DNA of 63,360 bases, filler included, from a bacterium (GTDB taxonomy: Bacteria > JAJRZV01): NCBI GenBank assembly GCA_024275095.1. It is 4 parts of 4 records of this genome, joined end to end, with 100 filler letters (N's around TTAATTAATTAA, not from the genome) between each part and the next. Parts side by side here need not be neighbours in the genome. Positions count along the whole stretch, not along the records: positions 1 to 24,971 come from JAJRZV010000132.1; 3 more parts are not named here. One strand, given 5' to 3'. The position numbers and the translations under genes were made by a program. Below the pieces are notes generated by a model that ran no database searches, had not been told where the DNA came from, and saw nothing but the letters and a program-made list of their open reading frames with translations. Below, one piece after another: positions 10,132 through 20,381 of the stretch. Position 1 is the stretch's first letter; every line of letters starts with the position of its first letter.

Positions 10132-11025
10132 TTACTTCTGTGCTTCAACAATAATATACCAGCCCACCCTTCGCCCAATGAGATCAAGGAGCAAATTCGG
10201 TTTATGTCTGTTTCTGAAAACTCGAGCTACGTAAGCAATATCTGCAGGCACGAGATGGCGCACATATGCCTTTACCTTTGAAAAATCCTCAAAAAGCCTG
10301 GAAAAGCCCCGCTTTGTATATAGTTTAACAACAAGGTTTTCATTCGTATGAGGATATTCAATAAGACTCAAATGTTGTTTTAATGTGCGCACCCTATAGT
10401 TGCCCGCTATAAGATAATTTAATGCAAATACATTCCACAAAAAAAATATAGAGCGTTTGTTATACACAGCGATGTAACACCTGCCGCCCTTCTTCAAAAC
10501 TCTGTGAACTTCACTTATCGCTTTTGCAGTATTCGGAACATGGTGCAACACACCCAGAGAATACACGAAATCAAAAGATTCATCCTCAAAAGGCAGAGAT
10601 TCCGCATCTCCTATAAGAAGGCGCGTCTTCATCCCGTAAATATCAAAAAGAGCTCGAGTCTCTTCAATACATCTGGGAGTAATATCCACTCCAAACATAT
10701 TCGCACCTCGTCCGGCAAGTTGCAGATGATCTGTGCCGGCACCCACACCAATTTCAAGTACCCTCTTCCCCTCAATATCAAAGGACTCTATGGCCTTCTT
10801 TATCCAAGGATGAGAAAAATAACGGAATCGGCGAATTTCCTCAAAATACTCCTTGGTGAGATGCGGCGCTTTAGCGACGTGTGTGCCTGCAGGAGCTTGA
10901 GACCATACTCTTCTGGCTGATTTTTTGTATTTCGGACTGTATGAATATTCAACGGTGTCACGCAGTTCCATCAAGGCCGAAAAGAAATCTTTTATCCTGG
11001 AAGAGATGTTACTTTTGATCTTCAT
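10132..11025 (-). CDS. Class I SAM-dependent methyltransferase
   Basis: Motifs VLEIGVGAG, GDAESLPF, GVLHH and RVLKKGG. Confidence 0.9.
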   Translation of the reverse strand: MKIKSNISSRIKDFFSALMELRDTVEYSYSPKYKKSARRVWSQAPAGTHVAKAPHLTKEYFEEIRRFRYFSHPWIKKAIESFDIEGKRVLEIGVGAGTDHLQLAGRGANMFGVDITPRCIEETRALFDIYGMKTRLLIGDAESLPFEDESFDFVYSLGVLHHVPNTAKAISEVHRVLKKGGRCYIAVYNKRSIFFLWNVFALNYLIAGNYRVRTLKQHLSLIEYPHTNENLVVKLYTKRGFSRLFEDFSKVKAYVRHLVPADIAYVARVFRNRHKPNLLLDLIGRRVGWYIIVEAQK

Positions 11026-12131
11026 TGCCCACCATATTCAAACACACTCATAAATTGAGTGCTGTTGGCTGGATGAATCCGATATACCAAGGAAGTTTTC
11101 GATGTATACTTTGCTGCTTTTTTTAAAAATTCTTCCGCTGTTGCAGGCAGAGTAAAGAAGCGTTTTTCGTAAAGAAGTGTATTCTTATTTATGTCGTATA
11201 TAGCAATGGTGTTATGATCAGACACCGAAAACGCATAAATATCGCCGCTGAGTTGCGTCGCGTCATGAAGCCACCTAGAGTTCACCTTGAACCTCCGCTG
11301 GATTCTCCCTTCATCATCAATAAAAACAAGACTCCCCGTTACGCTATCAGCGAAATAAATACGACCTTCCCGCGACATACGCGATCCGTGGCATCCTACA
11401 AAACCCCTTGTTATTTCTTTATATGAACCTTTACGCCAGTCAAAAACACCTACAGCCCCTTGTATTAAAGTAGAAACAATTATCTTGTCACCGGCTGTAT
11501 CGGGATAGGCACAGTTAATGTGTGTCGTCTGGCAATCATTGTTAATATAGTGCTTGTGTAGATCCATATCTTCACTCAAATCATAATTTTTCCCGTAAAG
11601 TTCTTCCGGCATTCTCAGGATCTTTTCAACAACTCCATTTTCAACATTCAACATCAACACAGCATCGGGAGCTGATGCAGAAACAGCCACCATCTTATCG
11701 CTGACAGGAAATACCGTGTGCAAGCCTGCAAAAAACGGGTGATTGTAAGTTCTCAAATTCCGGCATGGTTCACCAGCAATGGACTTCCATTTTTCCACCG
11801 GAGTCTCAAACTCCCACATTTCAATAAAATGTTCATAGCATACTACAAGTCGGCGGCTGTCCATCATAACCACATGCTGAATTTTGTGATCAGATTTTTT
11901 CATACCGAGATAATCCACCTTTACTTTATTGCCAGAAGATACAAGAACACGGAAAGCTGAAACTGCCCCGGCGTAAAAATAGTCAGCAGGCTTCAAGGAT
12001 TCAAAAGGAGGGAGTTTTTTTAACCTATCCGGATCTGCATAACGTTGAGTAAGAAAATTAAGGGAACATCGAGAATAATCGGTAACCCTGCTCGAATGGG
12101 TTAAAAAAAGAATAAAATATCTATCATTCAT
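11022..12131 (-). CDS. Hypothetical protein, probable beta-propeller
   Basis: Long ORF with repeated beta-rich blades and His residues (GLHTV, THIN, GCHG, WLHD). Start placed at ATG 12131, downstream of a promoter. Confidence 0.6.
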   Translation of the reverse strand: MNDRYFILFLTHSSRVTDYSRCSLNFLTQRYADPDRLKKLPPFESLKPADYFYAGAVSAFRVLVSSGNKVKVDYLGMKKSDHKIQHVVMMDSRRLVVCYEHFIEMWEFETPVEKWKSIAGEPCRNLRTYNHPFFAGLHTVFPVSDKMVAVSASAPDAVLMLNVENGVVEKILRMPEELYGKNYDLSEDMDLHKHYINNDCQTTHINCAYPDTAGDKIIVSTLIQGAVGVFDWRKGSYKEITRGFVGCHGSRMSREGRIYFADSVTGSLVFIDDEGRIQRRFKVNSRWLHDATQLSGDIYAFSVSDHNTIAIYDINKNTLLYEKRFFTLPATAEEFLKKAAKYTSKTSLVYRIHPANSTQFMSVFEYGGQ

Positions 12132-12171
12132 TAGAAAAGCACTTGATTTCCAACCTGTCCGGGTTAAATGT

Positions 12172-12200
12172 ATTCTAAAGTCTGCCATGAAAACTGTCAA
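12172..12200 (-). promoter_or_regulatory. sigma70-like promoter
   Basis: TTGACA-17 nt-TAGAAT on the minus strand. Confidence 0.65.
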
Positions 12201-12229
12201 CTCCCGATATTTCTATAACGTCAGGGCTG

Positions 12230-12258
12230 TTGAACAAGCTGGATGCGCTTCGTATAAT
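12230..12258 (+). promoter_or_regulatory. sigma70-like promoter (near-leaderless)
   Basis: TTGAAC-17 nt-TATAAT, then 9 nt to ATG 12268. Confidence 0.65.
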
Positions 12259-12267
12259 GCTTTTGGA

Positions 12268-13071
12268 ATGGACAATTTAAGAGAAAATATTTACGGGCAT
12301 AAAAAACGCTTCGAACATATTCTGCAAGAAATCGAGAAATATCGTATTCAGCAAGGAATCTCCAAAAATGAGTTAGAAATACTGGATGTCGGCTGTGGCA
12401 CAGGTGTAATGTTGACCTTCCCGCTGGGCCATGCAGGCTTTCATGTCACGGGCTTGGACATTGATTCTAAAAGCATCCAAGCGGCACAATCCCTTAGTCC
12501 TCCCGAGAATGTGAAGTTCATATGCGGCACACTGGAAGATTTGAAACAACGTTTCCACGTCATTGTGTGCTCTGAAGTGCTGGAACATATTAATGACCCA
12601 GAAAACTTTCTTAGAAAAGTTGCCCAGCATCTTCGCAGCGATGGAATTCTCATCCTTACTGTTCCCAACGGTTACGGGGCTTTTGAAATTGAAAAATTTA
12701 TATACGAAAAATTAGGCGGAAAACCCGCCATCAATATTACGGAAAAAATTATTTATCGCATCCGCCGAATGCTCATACGCACGGGGCTTTATCAGCCTCC
12801 TCCCTCCCTGCCGTGCCCGTCCACGCTCAACAAAAGTCCTCATGTACAAAGATTCACATTAAAAAAATTGGTGTCTTTGGCAGAAAAATGTGGACTAAGG
12901 GCAATAAATATCAGAGGAAGTACAGTGGTAGGAGGAGCTGTGACCCATTTTTTGATTGGCTGGTCTGAATTTTTCGTAAAAATGAATGCTGTCTTGGGAG
13001 ATCGGGTACCACTACCTGCAGCGAGTGGGTGGTATGTCACCCTGAAAAAGATCGAGAAGACAGGCCCATAA
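12268..13071 (+). CDS. Class I SAM-dependent methyltransferase (UbiG-like fold)
   Basis: Motifs ILDVGCGTG, GLDID, SEVLEH and LILTVPN. Confidence 0.88.
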   Translation: MDNLRENIYGHKKRFEHILQEIEKYRIQQGISKNELEILDVGCGTGVMLTFPLGHAGFHVTGLDIDSKSIQAAQSLSPPENVKFICGTLEDLKQRFHVIVCSEVLEHINDPENFLRKVAQHLRSDGILILTVPNGYGAFEIEKFIYEKLGGKPAINITEKIIYRIRRMLIRTGLYQPPPSLPCPSTLNKSPHVQRFTLKKLVSLAEKCGLRAINIRGSTVVGGAVTHFLIGWSEFFVKMNAVLGDRVPLPAASGWYVTLKKIEKTGP

Positions 13072-14680
13072 ACTCAATTATCCTTCTCACATGTGCTTGC
13101 CAGGTATAATGAGCAAGTGCTTCTTCGCGTGCACTTCTGCCCAGGCGCATACGCATTTCATCATTCTTAATCAGTTTTTCGATGCCATCACAAAGGGCTT
13201 GCACGTTCCCCGGTTCCACCAGCAATGCTGTTTCACCCTCACGCAGGATTTCACTTATTTGACCCAAAGCGCTTGCTACAATGGGCCGACCTGCCATCAT
13301 GTATTCAAATAATTTAGTAGGTGAACCGAAAAATTCGGAACCGTCAGGGTTGGGCACGTGGGGCGAGACGAGCACGTCACAGGCAAGAAGATATACAGGC
13401 ACATCTTCAGGTGGAATCATTCCTGTAAAAATAGTCAAGTGGACCACTCCTTCGTGTGAGGCGATCTCTTCTGCAAACCGTCTCCGGACACCATCGCCGA
13501 TAAAGAGAAAACTTACATCAGGAATACGCTTCGATAAGGGCTTAACCGCTTTCGCCAGCACTTCTGCACCGTGCCATGGACCGAATGTGCCCACAAATCC
13601 CACCACATAGCGATTCTGTAAACCAAGCTTTTTTCGCAAATTTTCTACTTCCTCCCGCTGGACCTTAATAAAAGGCTCGGGATCTACACCATTTGGGTTT
13701 ACAAGGACTCGCTCCTTTTTAGCTCCACGATTTAAGAGTTCATCCCGTAATGATCGAGACACCACTACAATATAATCCGCTCCCTGTATAACTATGTTTT
13801 CATACCACAATGCAACACTGCTGCCTGAGCGTCCTTCCCCCCATTTCTCCGCAATCCAAACTTCAGAACCGTTGTATTCCAAAACCAACGGGATTCGCCT
13901 CAAACGAGCATAAAGCACTCCTGCAATAGCATATATGGAATAACGCTGGTAGAGAAAAGCGGGACGACCGAATTCTCTCTCCAAGTGGATCATATGCATG
14001 AAAACACGGAGGTTGAAAAGAATAAGCGCAGGGATACGAAGGTTGGCAAACCAACGGAACGGATTTACAAGCCTGCGGACCGCTTCTTCAGGTTCAATCA
14101 TAGGATTATCCTCAACCGCTACAAATACACAGCTTATACCGCATCGTCTAAACCCCTTTATCACACCGGCTGTATGGGTTACGGATCCACCGGCTTTAAT
14201 GCCTTTTTTATAGTTCATTCGAAGATAAAAACACATATCACCACTGGGCGGCATTGGGCGGCGGTGAAGTAACATCCTAGCCGCACAGCCCATAATCAGC
14301 GCCACAGGCCAAGCCACAATGCTTGTAAGTAATTCTAAAAACAAATGCGGAATATCCTTCCCGAACAAACGCATCCACGAAATGCGCCTGATGTTTCCCT
14401 CCGTATCTATTATCATTCGTTCTGCCGCTGGAGTGACAAGAAGAAGAAGCGCAATCAACACCAGTGGTTGAACCATACTTGTGTCGGAGACGGCAAACAG
14501 GCTTTTATGTACGGTCCCCCATTGCCGCCTGCGATTCCTTATGAAACTCGAGATCTCGCGACGAAGACTCGTAACTTCTATTGTATCCACAAGCTCATCA
14601 CGTAAAAAGCGCTCTCGAACCTCACTGGCAAAGCGGCTTTCGCCCCAGAAGTGGAACAGGAGAGTCTTCCCAAACGACAC
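13037..14680 (-). CDS. Glycosyltransferase family 4 with N-terminal extension
   Basis: Motifs LEYNGSE, NPNGVD, GFVGTFGPWHG and FFGSPTKLFEYMMAGRPIVAS. Confidence 0.9.
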   Translation of the reverse strand: MSFGKTLLFHFWGESRFASEVRERFLRDELVDTIEVTSLRREISSFIRNRRRQWGTVHKSLFAVSDTSMVQPLVLIALLLLVTPAAERMIIDTEGNIRRISWMRLFGKDIPHLFLELLTSIVAWPVALIMGCAARMLLHRRPMPPSGDMCFYLRMNYKKGIKAGGSVTHTAGVIKGFRRCGISCVFVAVEDNPMIEPEEAVRRLVNPFRWFANLRIPALILFNLRVFMHMIHLEREFGRPAFLYQRYSIYAIAGVLYARLRRIPLVLEYNGSEVWIAEKWGEGRSGSSVALWYENIVIQGADYIVVVSRSLRDELLNRGAKKERVLVNPNGVDPEPFIKVQREEVENLRKKLGLQNRYVVGFVGTFGPWHGAEVLAKAVKPLSKRIPDVSFLFIGDGVRRRFAEEIASHEGVVHLTIFTGMIPPEDVPVYLLACDVLVSPHVPNPDGSEFFGSPTKLFEYMMAGRPIVASALGQISEILREGETALLVEPGNVQALCDGIEKLIKNDEMRMRLGRSAREEALAHYTWQAHVRRIIEFMGLSSRSFSG

Positions 14681-16587
14681 TACAGTATTGCCTCCTTCCC
14701 CTCAATCCACATTTCATACCAGAGCACAAAATTAAGTAGATACCACAACTTAACACCTTTAGTGGTTTCAAGAAATTCTTGGAGGTACTGTCTATCAAAA
14801 AACTCAGTGCGGCTGGCGAACTCCAACAACTTTCTCCTTCCCACTTCGCCCAATCGACTCTCAAACCATTCGTACACAGGAACACCGAACCCCTGTTTTT
14901 TACGGTATACGATTTCGTGAGGTAAAATATTTTCCACTGCTTTTTTCAAAATGTATTTCAGTTCATCGTTTTTAGTTTTCAAATCTTCGGGAATACCCAT
15001 TACATATTCCACAAAGCGATGATCAAGAAACGGAACCCGTGCCTCAAGAGATACCGCCATACTCATTTTATCTACGCGCATCAAAAGCAGTTCCGGGAGT
15101 CTGAAATTCAAATCGAGATACGTCATCCACAGCAATGGATCTTTCTTCACGCTTCTTGTCCGGCAGAATCTCCTGTAAAATGGCTCTATTGCATCAAAGG
15201 ACGAAATTTCTCCCAGTTCATCCTTTACATCGGTGGATAAAAGATTGCGTTTTTCTGCTTCATAAAAGGCCTCAGCGCCTCCCCAGAAGACAGGTTGTCC
15301 CTCTGTGTTGCGACGCAAAAATTCATAGTAGCCAGAACTTCCTTTACCCAGCATCCGTATTGCACTCAGCAACACACGTTTGAAAAGCCGGGGCACAGGC
15401 AAATTACCCCAGCGCTGAAGCTGAAGCAAAATTTTCCAGCCGGGATAACCCCAGAAAAGCTCGTCGCTCCCCTCTCCAACCTGGCACACAATCACCCCGT
15501 TGTCTCGGGCAAGCTTTGACACGTAGTAAACAGGCACACACACAGGGTCACCGATGGGTTCGTCCTGGTGGTAAACGAGCGACGAGAGAAAGGAAATGAG
15601 GTCGTCTTCACCTATGACAATCTCATGGTGTCGTGCACCGATCATTTGTGCCACCCGCCGCGCGTATTCGAATTCGTTGGCGTACGTTTTGTAGTCTCCC
15701 CTGTAACCTATGGAAAATGTACATACCGGTTCTCCACGAGAATGCTTTGAAAAGAGCACCGCGTTTGTACTTGAATCTATTCCTCCTGAAAGAAACACAC
15801 CAACAGGCACATCACTCACCATGCGATAGCGCACAGCCTCTTCAAGCCGTGCCAGCAGTTCTGCAGAAATATCTTCCTCACTACCGGAAATACTTTCCGC
15901 GTTCTCAATTGGGTCCCAGTATCTATGTTCTTGAACGTTACCTCTTTCATCCACCTTGAGCCATGTAGCTGGCGGCAGTTTGTATATACCTTTGAATAAT
16001 GTTTTAGGAGCCGGAGACGTAAGGAAAGACATATAATGATAGAAGGCTTCAATATCCACCGCCCTTTCTACCCGGGGGTGCTGCAACAATGCCTTTATCT
16101 CACTGGCGAAAAGAATGCTTGAAGAACTGAGGGTGTAATATAAAGGCTTAATCCCTATTCGATCCCTCACAAGGTAAAGTTCCCTTTTTCTTGCGTCCCA
16201 CAATGCAAATGCGAACATCCCTCTGAACCTGTGGATACACTCAATCCCCCATTCCCGATACGCGTAAAGGATAACTTCTGTATCCGAACGGGTGCGAAAA
16301 TGGTGCATGTCCTTGAGCTCATCTCTCAATTCTGCAAAATTGTAAATTTCGCCGTTGTAAACCACCCATATCTCACCGGAATCATCACTCATGGGCTGTG
16401 AAGCTGCCTCGCTCAGGTCAATGATGGAAAGCCTCCTGTGCCCGAGACCCACCGACCCGTCATCAGCAATCCAGGTACCGCCCGCGTCTGGACCACGGTG
16501 GGTCATTACATTGATCATGCGCTCGATCAGAAGCCTGTCCACCTCCTTCTTCTTGCCGAAACAAAAGCATCCTGCAATTCCACACAT
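14680..16587 (-). CDS. asnB: Asparagine synthase (glutamine-hydrolysing) family amidotransferase, probably acting on polysaccharide
   Basis: Motifs MCGIAG, HRGPD, HRRLSIID, NGEIYN, LSGGIDS, GEGSDE and EARVPFLD. Confidence 0.93.
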   Translation of the reverse strand: MCGIAGCFCFGKKKEVDRLLIERMINVMTHRGPDAGGTWIADDGSVGLGHRRLSIIDLSEAASQPMSDDSGEIWVVYNGEIYNFAELRDELKDMHHFRTRSDTEVILYAYREWGIECIHRFRGMFAFALWDARKRELYLVRDRIGIKPLYYTLSSSSILFASEIKALLQHPRVERAVDIEAFYHYMSFLTSPAPKTLFKGIYKLPPATWLKVDERGNVQEHRYWDPIENAESISGSEEDISAELLARLEEAVRYRMVSDVPVGVFLSGGIDSSTNAVLFSKHSRGEPVCTFSIGYRGDYKTYANEFEYARRVAQMIGARHHEIVIGEDDLISFLSSLVYHQDEPIGDPVCVPVYYVSKLARDNGVIVCQVGEGSDELFWGYPGWKILLQLQRWGNLPVPRLFKRVLLSAIRMLGKGSSGYYEFLRRNTEGQPVFWGGAEAFYEAEKRNLLSTDVKDELGEISSFDAIEPFYRRFCRTRSVKKDPLLWMTYLDLNFRLPELLLMRVDKMSMAVSLEARVPFLDHRFVEYVMGIPEDLKTKNDELKYILKKAVENILPHEIVYRKKQGFGVPVYEWFESRLGEVGRRKLLEFASRTEFFDRQYLQEFLETTKGVKLWYLLNFVLWYEMWIEGKEAIL

Positions 16588-16761
16588 AAAAGAATCCTCC
16601 AGCTGCGTTCTTTTGAGTATTATACCCTCACAAATTTTATTCTTTCGCTACAAAACAAACATGCATCGTTCAAATTTACAAATTTTTACAATTCATTACC
16701 TGTTTGAATCAAAAGGTGTAAACCCTGTTAACTTCTAAATGGATCTGGAGCATGGCGTGTC

Positions 16762-16790
16762 TTGAAAAAATTTTCATCCGCTGATAGTGT
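16762..16790 (+). promoter_or_regulatory. sigma70-like promoter (near-leaderless)
   Basis: TTGAAA-17 nt-TAGTGT with a TG extension, then 8 nt to ATG 16799. Confidence 0.5.
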
Positions 16791-16798
16791 AACTCTCC

Positions 16799-17641
16799 AT
16801 GCCTGCAGAAGAACCCAAAAAAGCTTCAAGAACGCGGCAAGAAAAGTATGGGGCACACACCGGCATGATTCACTCGCTCCTTCTCTCAAGCCGGGGCACG
16901 AAGGAATTTTTCGAGGCAGTATTGCAGAAAAGGTCGCAAACAGAACTTAACTGGTTATTTGGAATCATCGACTTCAACTCGTTTTCAGGAAAACGAGTTC
17001 TTGAAGTAGGTTTTGGGGCAGGATATGATGCCTATGCTTTCTGCAAGCATGGTGCTCATTATTTCGGCGTGGACATCGCCTTTGAAAACGCCATCAGGTG
17101 TATAAAACACTTGTCTTACTACAACTTAACCCCTCAGGTGATCCAGGGAGATGCTGAAAACATCCCGTTTAAAAACTCAACGTTTGATTATTACTTCAGC
17201 TTTGGTGTCCTGCATCACACGCCGGATTTCGAAAAGGCCCTGCATGAAGCAGCAAGGGTTCTGAAACCAGGTGCGGGTGGTGTAATTATCGTTTACAACA
17301 GGAATTCCATAATTTACTGGATTAACATCTTTCTGTTGAAATACCTGTTACGAGGCAAATTTTTAAGATCGAGCCTGTCCGATGTGCTGAGTGAAATAGA
17401 ATACACCCACAGCGAATGCAGGCCCCTGGTCAGGGTATATACCAAACGGCAGTTGAGAAAAACATTCGAAAAAACGGAATCAAATATTACGTCTATGAAA
17501 GTGAGAAAGTTACTTAAAGAAGATCTGCCCAGACTAAAAGAATTGGGCACTCTTTTCTATAACCTTATTCCTGAAAAAATCTTTTATTTAATCAGCAGAC
17601 ATGTTGGATGGTATATCATTGTGGAATTTTGCAAAAAATAA
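16799..17641 (+). CDS. Class I SAM-dependent methyltransferase, paralog of 10132-11025
   Basis: Motifs VLEVGFGAG, GDAENIPF, GVLHH and a shared C-terminal GWYIIVE. Confidence 0.9.
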   Translation: MPAEEPKKASRTRQEKYGAHTGMIHSLLLSSRGTKEFFEAVLQKRSQTELNWLFGIIDFNSFSGKRVLEVGFGAGYDAYAFCKHGAHYFGVDIAFENAIRCIKHLSYYNLTPQVIQGDAENIPFKNSTFDYYFSFGVLHHTPDFEKALHEAARVLKPGAGGVIIVYNRNSIIYWINIFLLKYLLRGKFLRSSLSDVLSEIEYTHSECRPLVRVYTKRQLRKTFEKTESNITSMKVRKLLKEDLPRLKELGTLFYNLIPEKIFYLISRHVGWYIIVEFCKK

Positions 17642-17773
17642 GTGCATTTAGCTCAAGAGGCAAATAACATGAAATAAATTTGAACTTCAAACGAGTACAA
17701 TCAGCCTCATGCATTAAGTAGCACACAATGTTGTTTTGATTTACAATTTCATCATCATGTTTCAGGAGGCGCA

Positions 17774-19201
17774 ATGAACATTCCCAGACCCAGCATCATC
17801 ATCGTAGGAGCCGGTCAAACAGGACGCGATCTGGCCAACAAACTTGTTCCCGACTGGGACGTGGTTGTGGTGGATGTGGAAGAAACCAAGTTGAAGCTTC
17901 TCCCGGAGTCGAAACACATTACCCGCGTGAAGGGAGACGCCACCAGCCGGCTGGTTTTGAAAAAACTCGAGTTGACAACCGCATCTTACTTCATCATTGC
18001 TACAGGGCGAGACGACGTCAATCTTGAAGTGGCACGTCTTGCACTGGAGCGCGGTACCAGGCGTATTATTGCTGTAAGCATCGATGTCAAGCGTAACGAC
18101 GAGTATCTCAAGCTGGGAGTAGAAGTCGTTAACAGGGCACATGCAGTGGTAGGAATACTTTTTTCCAAAATCGAAAAAGGCAAAGTCGTCGCTTCGGGAA
18201 TTGGTCTCGGCAAGGGAGAAATCATCGAAGTAACCGTTCTGCCCGGGTCAGTCGTTGTTGGCAAACGTCTGTCCGAACTCCGACCCAAGGCATGGCTGGT
18301 AGGAGCAGTTTATCGAAGAGACGAATTCATTGTCCCTCACGGCGACACGAAGATACAGGTGGGTGATAGGATTCTCCTCATCGGAAACCCCGATATCATC
18401 AAAGTCATTGCCGAACTTTTACGTACAGGCTCACCGGAATTCCCGCTCCAATATGGGGCGAGATTACTCACATACATGCCATCGTATGCCCCGGAGGTTT
18501 CTAAGGAGGAGCTGGAATATCTTTTAAAAAACACACGCGCTTATGAAGCGAGAATCGCCGGTTCCAACACCCGTGCTTGCTGGAAACTGGAATCAGATCT
18601 GAAAAATGCGGGATTAAAAATCTCCTACGATCCTCAGATTAAATTCCAGGAAAATCCCCAAGACGTTCTTGATAAAGAAGATGTGGGTCTTGTGATAATG
18701 CCTCCTTTTTCCCTGAGCATACTTGAAATTATCGGTTTGAAAAAAGGTTGGGCGTCCAGGATATTCGATCGCGTAAACATTCCGGTCCTCATTGCAAGAG
18801 GGACTCATCCTTACGAAAAAATCACACTGTTTGCCACAAGTCGAGAAACCCTGAGAAGAGAAGCTGAACTGGCCATAGATCTAGCCCGGCTTTTGGGAAG
18901 TCAGTTAACAATTGCTACGGTTGTACCTCCAGAGTTCAGCGTTGACAGAGAAGTAAAGGTAGAGTCAGAGCACATTCTTTCTGAGGCCCTGCAAATCGCC
19001 CTCATGTACGGTATCAAGATACAGGAAGTATGCCTCGAGGGTAATCCGATTGAAGAGATGGAACAATTTTCCGAAACTCAAAATCTTATCATCATAGGGC
19101 ACAAGAGGGGGGTGTGGAACCACGTCTTTAAACCGGATGTAAGCCTCCACGTGGCGTCAAGGTCTCACTGTTCCTGCATTATTGTTCCTCACGAGGGCTG
19201 A
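17774..19201 (+). CDS. TrkA-N/TrkA-C (RCK) protein fused to a universal stress protein-like domain
   Basis: Rossmann motif IVGAGQTG, TrkA-C IVPHGDTKIQVGD and USP-like GNPIEE...LIIIG...SHCSCIIVP. Confidence 0.8.
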   Translation: MNIPRPSIIIVGAGQTGRDLANKLVPDWDVVVVDVEETKLKLLPESKHITRVKGDATSRLVLKKLELTTASYFIIATGRDDVNLEVARLALERGTRRIIAVSIDVKRNDEYLKLGVEVVNRAHAVVGILFSKIEKGKVVASGIGLGKGEIIEVTVLPGSVVVGKRLSELRPKAWLVGAVYRRDEFIVPHGDTKIQVGDRILLIGNPDIIKVIAELLRTGSPEFPLQYGARLLTYMPSYAPEVSKEELEYLLKNTRAYEARIAGSNTRACWKLESDLKNAGLKISYDPQIKFQENPQDVLDKEDVGLVIMPPFSLSILEIIGLKKGWASRIFDRVNIPVLIARGTHPYEKITLFATSRETLRREAELAIDLARLLGSQLTIATVVPPEFSVDREVKVESEHILSEALQIALMYGIKIQEVCLEGNPIEEMEQFSETQNLIIIGHKRGVWNHVFKPDVSLHVASRSHCSCIIVPHEG

Positions 19202-19203
19202 GT

Positions 19204-20355
19204 TTGAACCATTCCGAGGCCCTACCCCTGATCGCAACCGCGGTGGGAGCATTTATTACACCGCTCATATCAAACAGGTTAGGACTGCCAGCACCTGTAG
19301 GAGAAATGATTTACGGTGTAATTCTCGGACAATTCATATGGTTCACCGAAGGAACCCTGCTGAAATTTTTGGCCGAAATAGGCTTTTTAATCCTCCTTTT
19401 TATCGCAGGATCAGAAGTACAGATGGAAATAATAGAGAAACCCCTATGGCCGGTAATTTTCAGCCCTTTTGTGGCCGTGGGCATCCCGTTCATGCTTGTT
19501 TCACTGTTCAACATATCCCTATTTGTAGCACTTTCTGCAGCAGCAATTTCCGTGGGCATGGTTCACGTGTTCACGCGGAGCATGCAACAGCATCCTGATC
19601 CTCATTTTCCCCATCTCATGGTATGGGCCTCTATCGGGGAAGTGCTCACACTTCTTCTCCTGGCGATCATACCCCATCTGATGATGAATCAGCCGGCGCT
19701 GGTTTCGCTAAAAAAAATCCTGGAAATTGCCGGTGTATTCCTTGGAGCATATTTGTTTTTTATAGGTATCAAAACATACACCTGGTGGTTCCCTCACGAT
19801 ATATCACGCATGCTTTCTGAAGCAGACCCTTCAGAGCTGGGTATACGCGCAGCATTCGCTGCCACGTTCGTTATGGCGGGGTTGTGTCTGCTTCTTGAAA
19901 TAGAACCAATCATCGGTGCATTTCTCACAGGCATGATTTTTTCGCTGGTATTCAAAAAGCGCGAAATACTCACCTACAAAATCAACGCCATGGCCAACGG
20001 TTTTTTCATCCCCATATTTTTCATCCACGTGGGCGCTTCATTTAACATTGCCCACGTTTTCAAGGTGCGGGAATCGATACTACTCCTGGTATTACTCTTC
20101 TTCATATCCTTTGTGGCGAAACTGATCGCAATGCTCTCTTTTACGGCACTTCGAATGCGCCTGAGAAAAATTGTATCTTATGTGTTTGTTGTCTCAGCTC
20201 CTTTGAGCCTCATTGTAGCGATAGCCAGTGTGGGAGCAGAAAAAGGCCTTGTCAATGAAACAGAAGCTTCTATTCTTATCGCGTATGCTCTTATCAGTGC
20301 CGTAGTGTTTCCTGCTGCCGGCAAAACGCTCATGAAAAATTCAAAAGAAGAGTAG
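19204..20355 (+). CDS. Cation:proton antiporter (CPA2 family)
   Basis: Multi-TM protein with LPAPVGEMIYGVILG, LLFIAGSE, IIGAFLTG and FFIPIFFIHVG. Confidence 0.85.
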   Translation: MNHSEALPLIATAVGAFITPLISNRLGLPAPVGEMIYGVILGQFIWFTEGTLLKFLAEIGFLILLFIAGSEVQMEIIEKPLWPVIFSPFVAVGIPFMLVSLFNISLFVALSAAAISVGMVHVFTRSMQQHPDPHFPHLMVWASIGEVLTLLLLAIIPHLMMNQPALVSLKKILEIAGVFLGAYLFFIGIKTYTWWFPHDISRMLSEADPSELGIRAAFAATFVMAGLCLLLEIEPIIGAFLTGMIFSLVFKKREILTYKINAMANGFFIPIFFIHVGASFNIAHVFKVRESILLLVLLFFISFVAKLIAMLSFTALRMRLRKIVSYVFVVSAPLSLIVAIASVGAEKGLVNETEASILIAYALISAVVFPAAGKTLMKNSKEE

Positions 20356-20381
20356 TTCAGGCTTTCACCCAACAACGTGTA

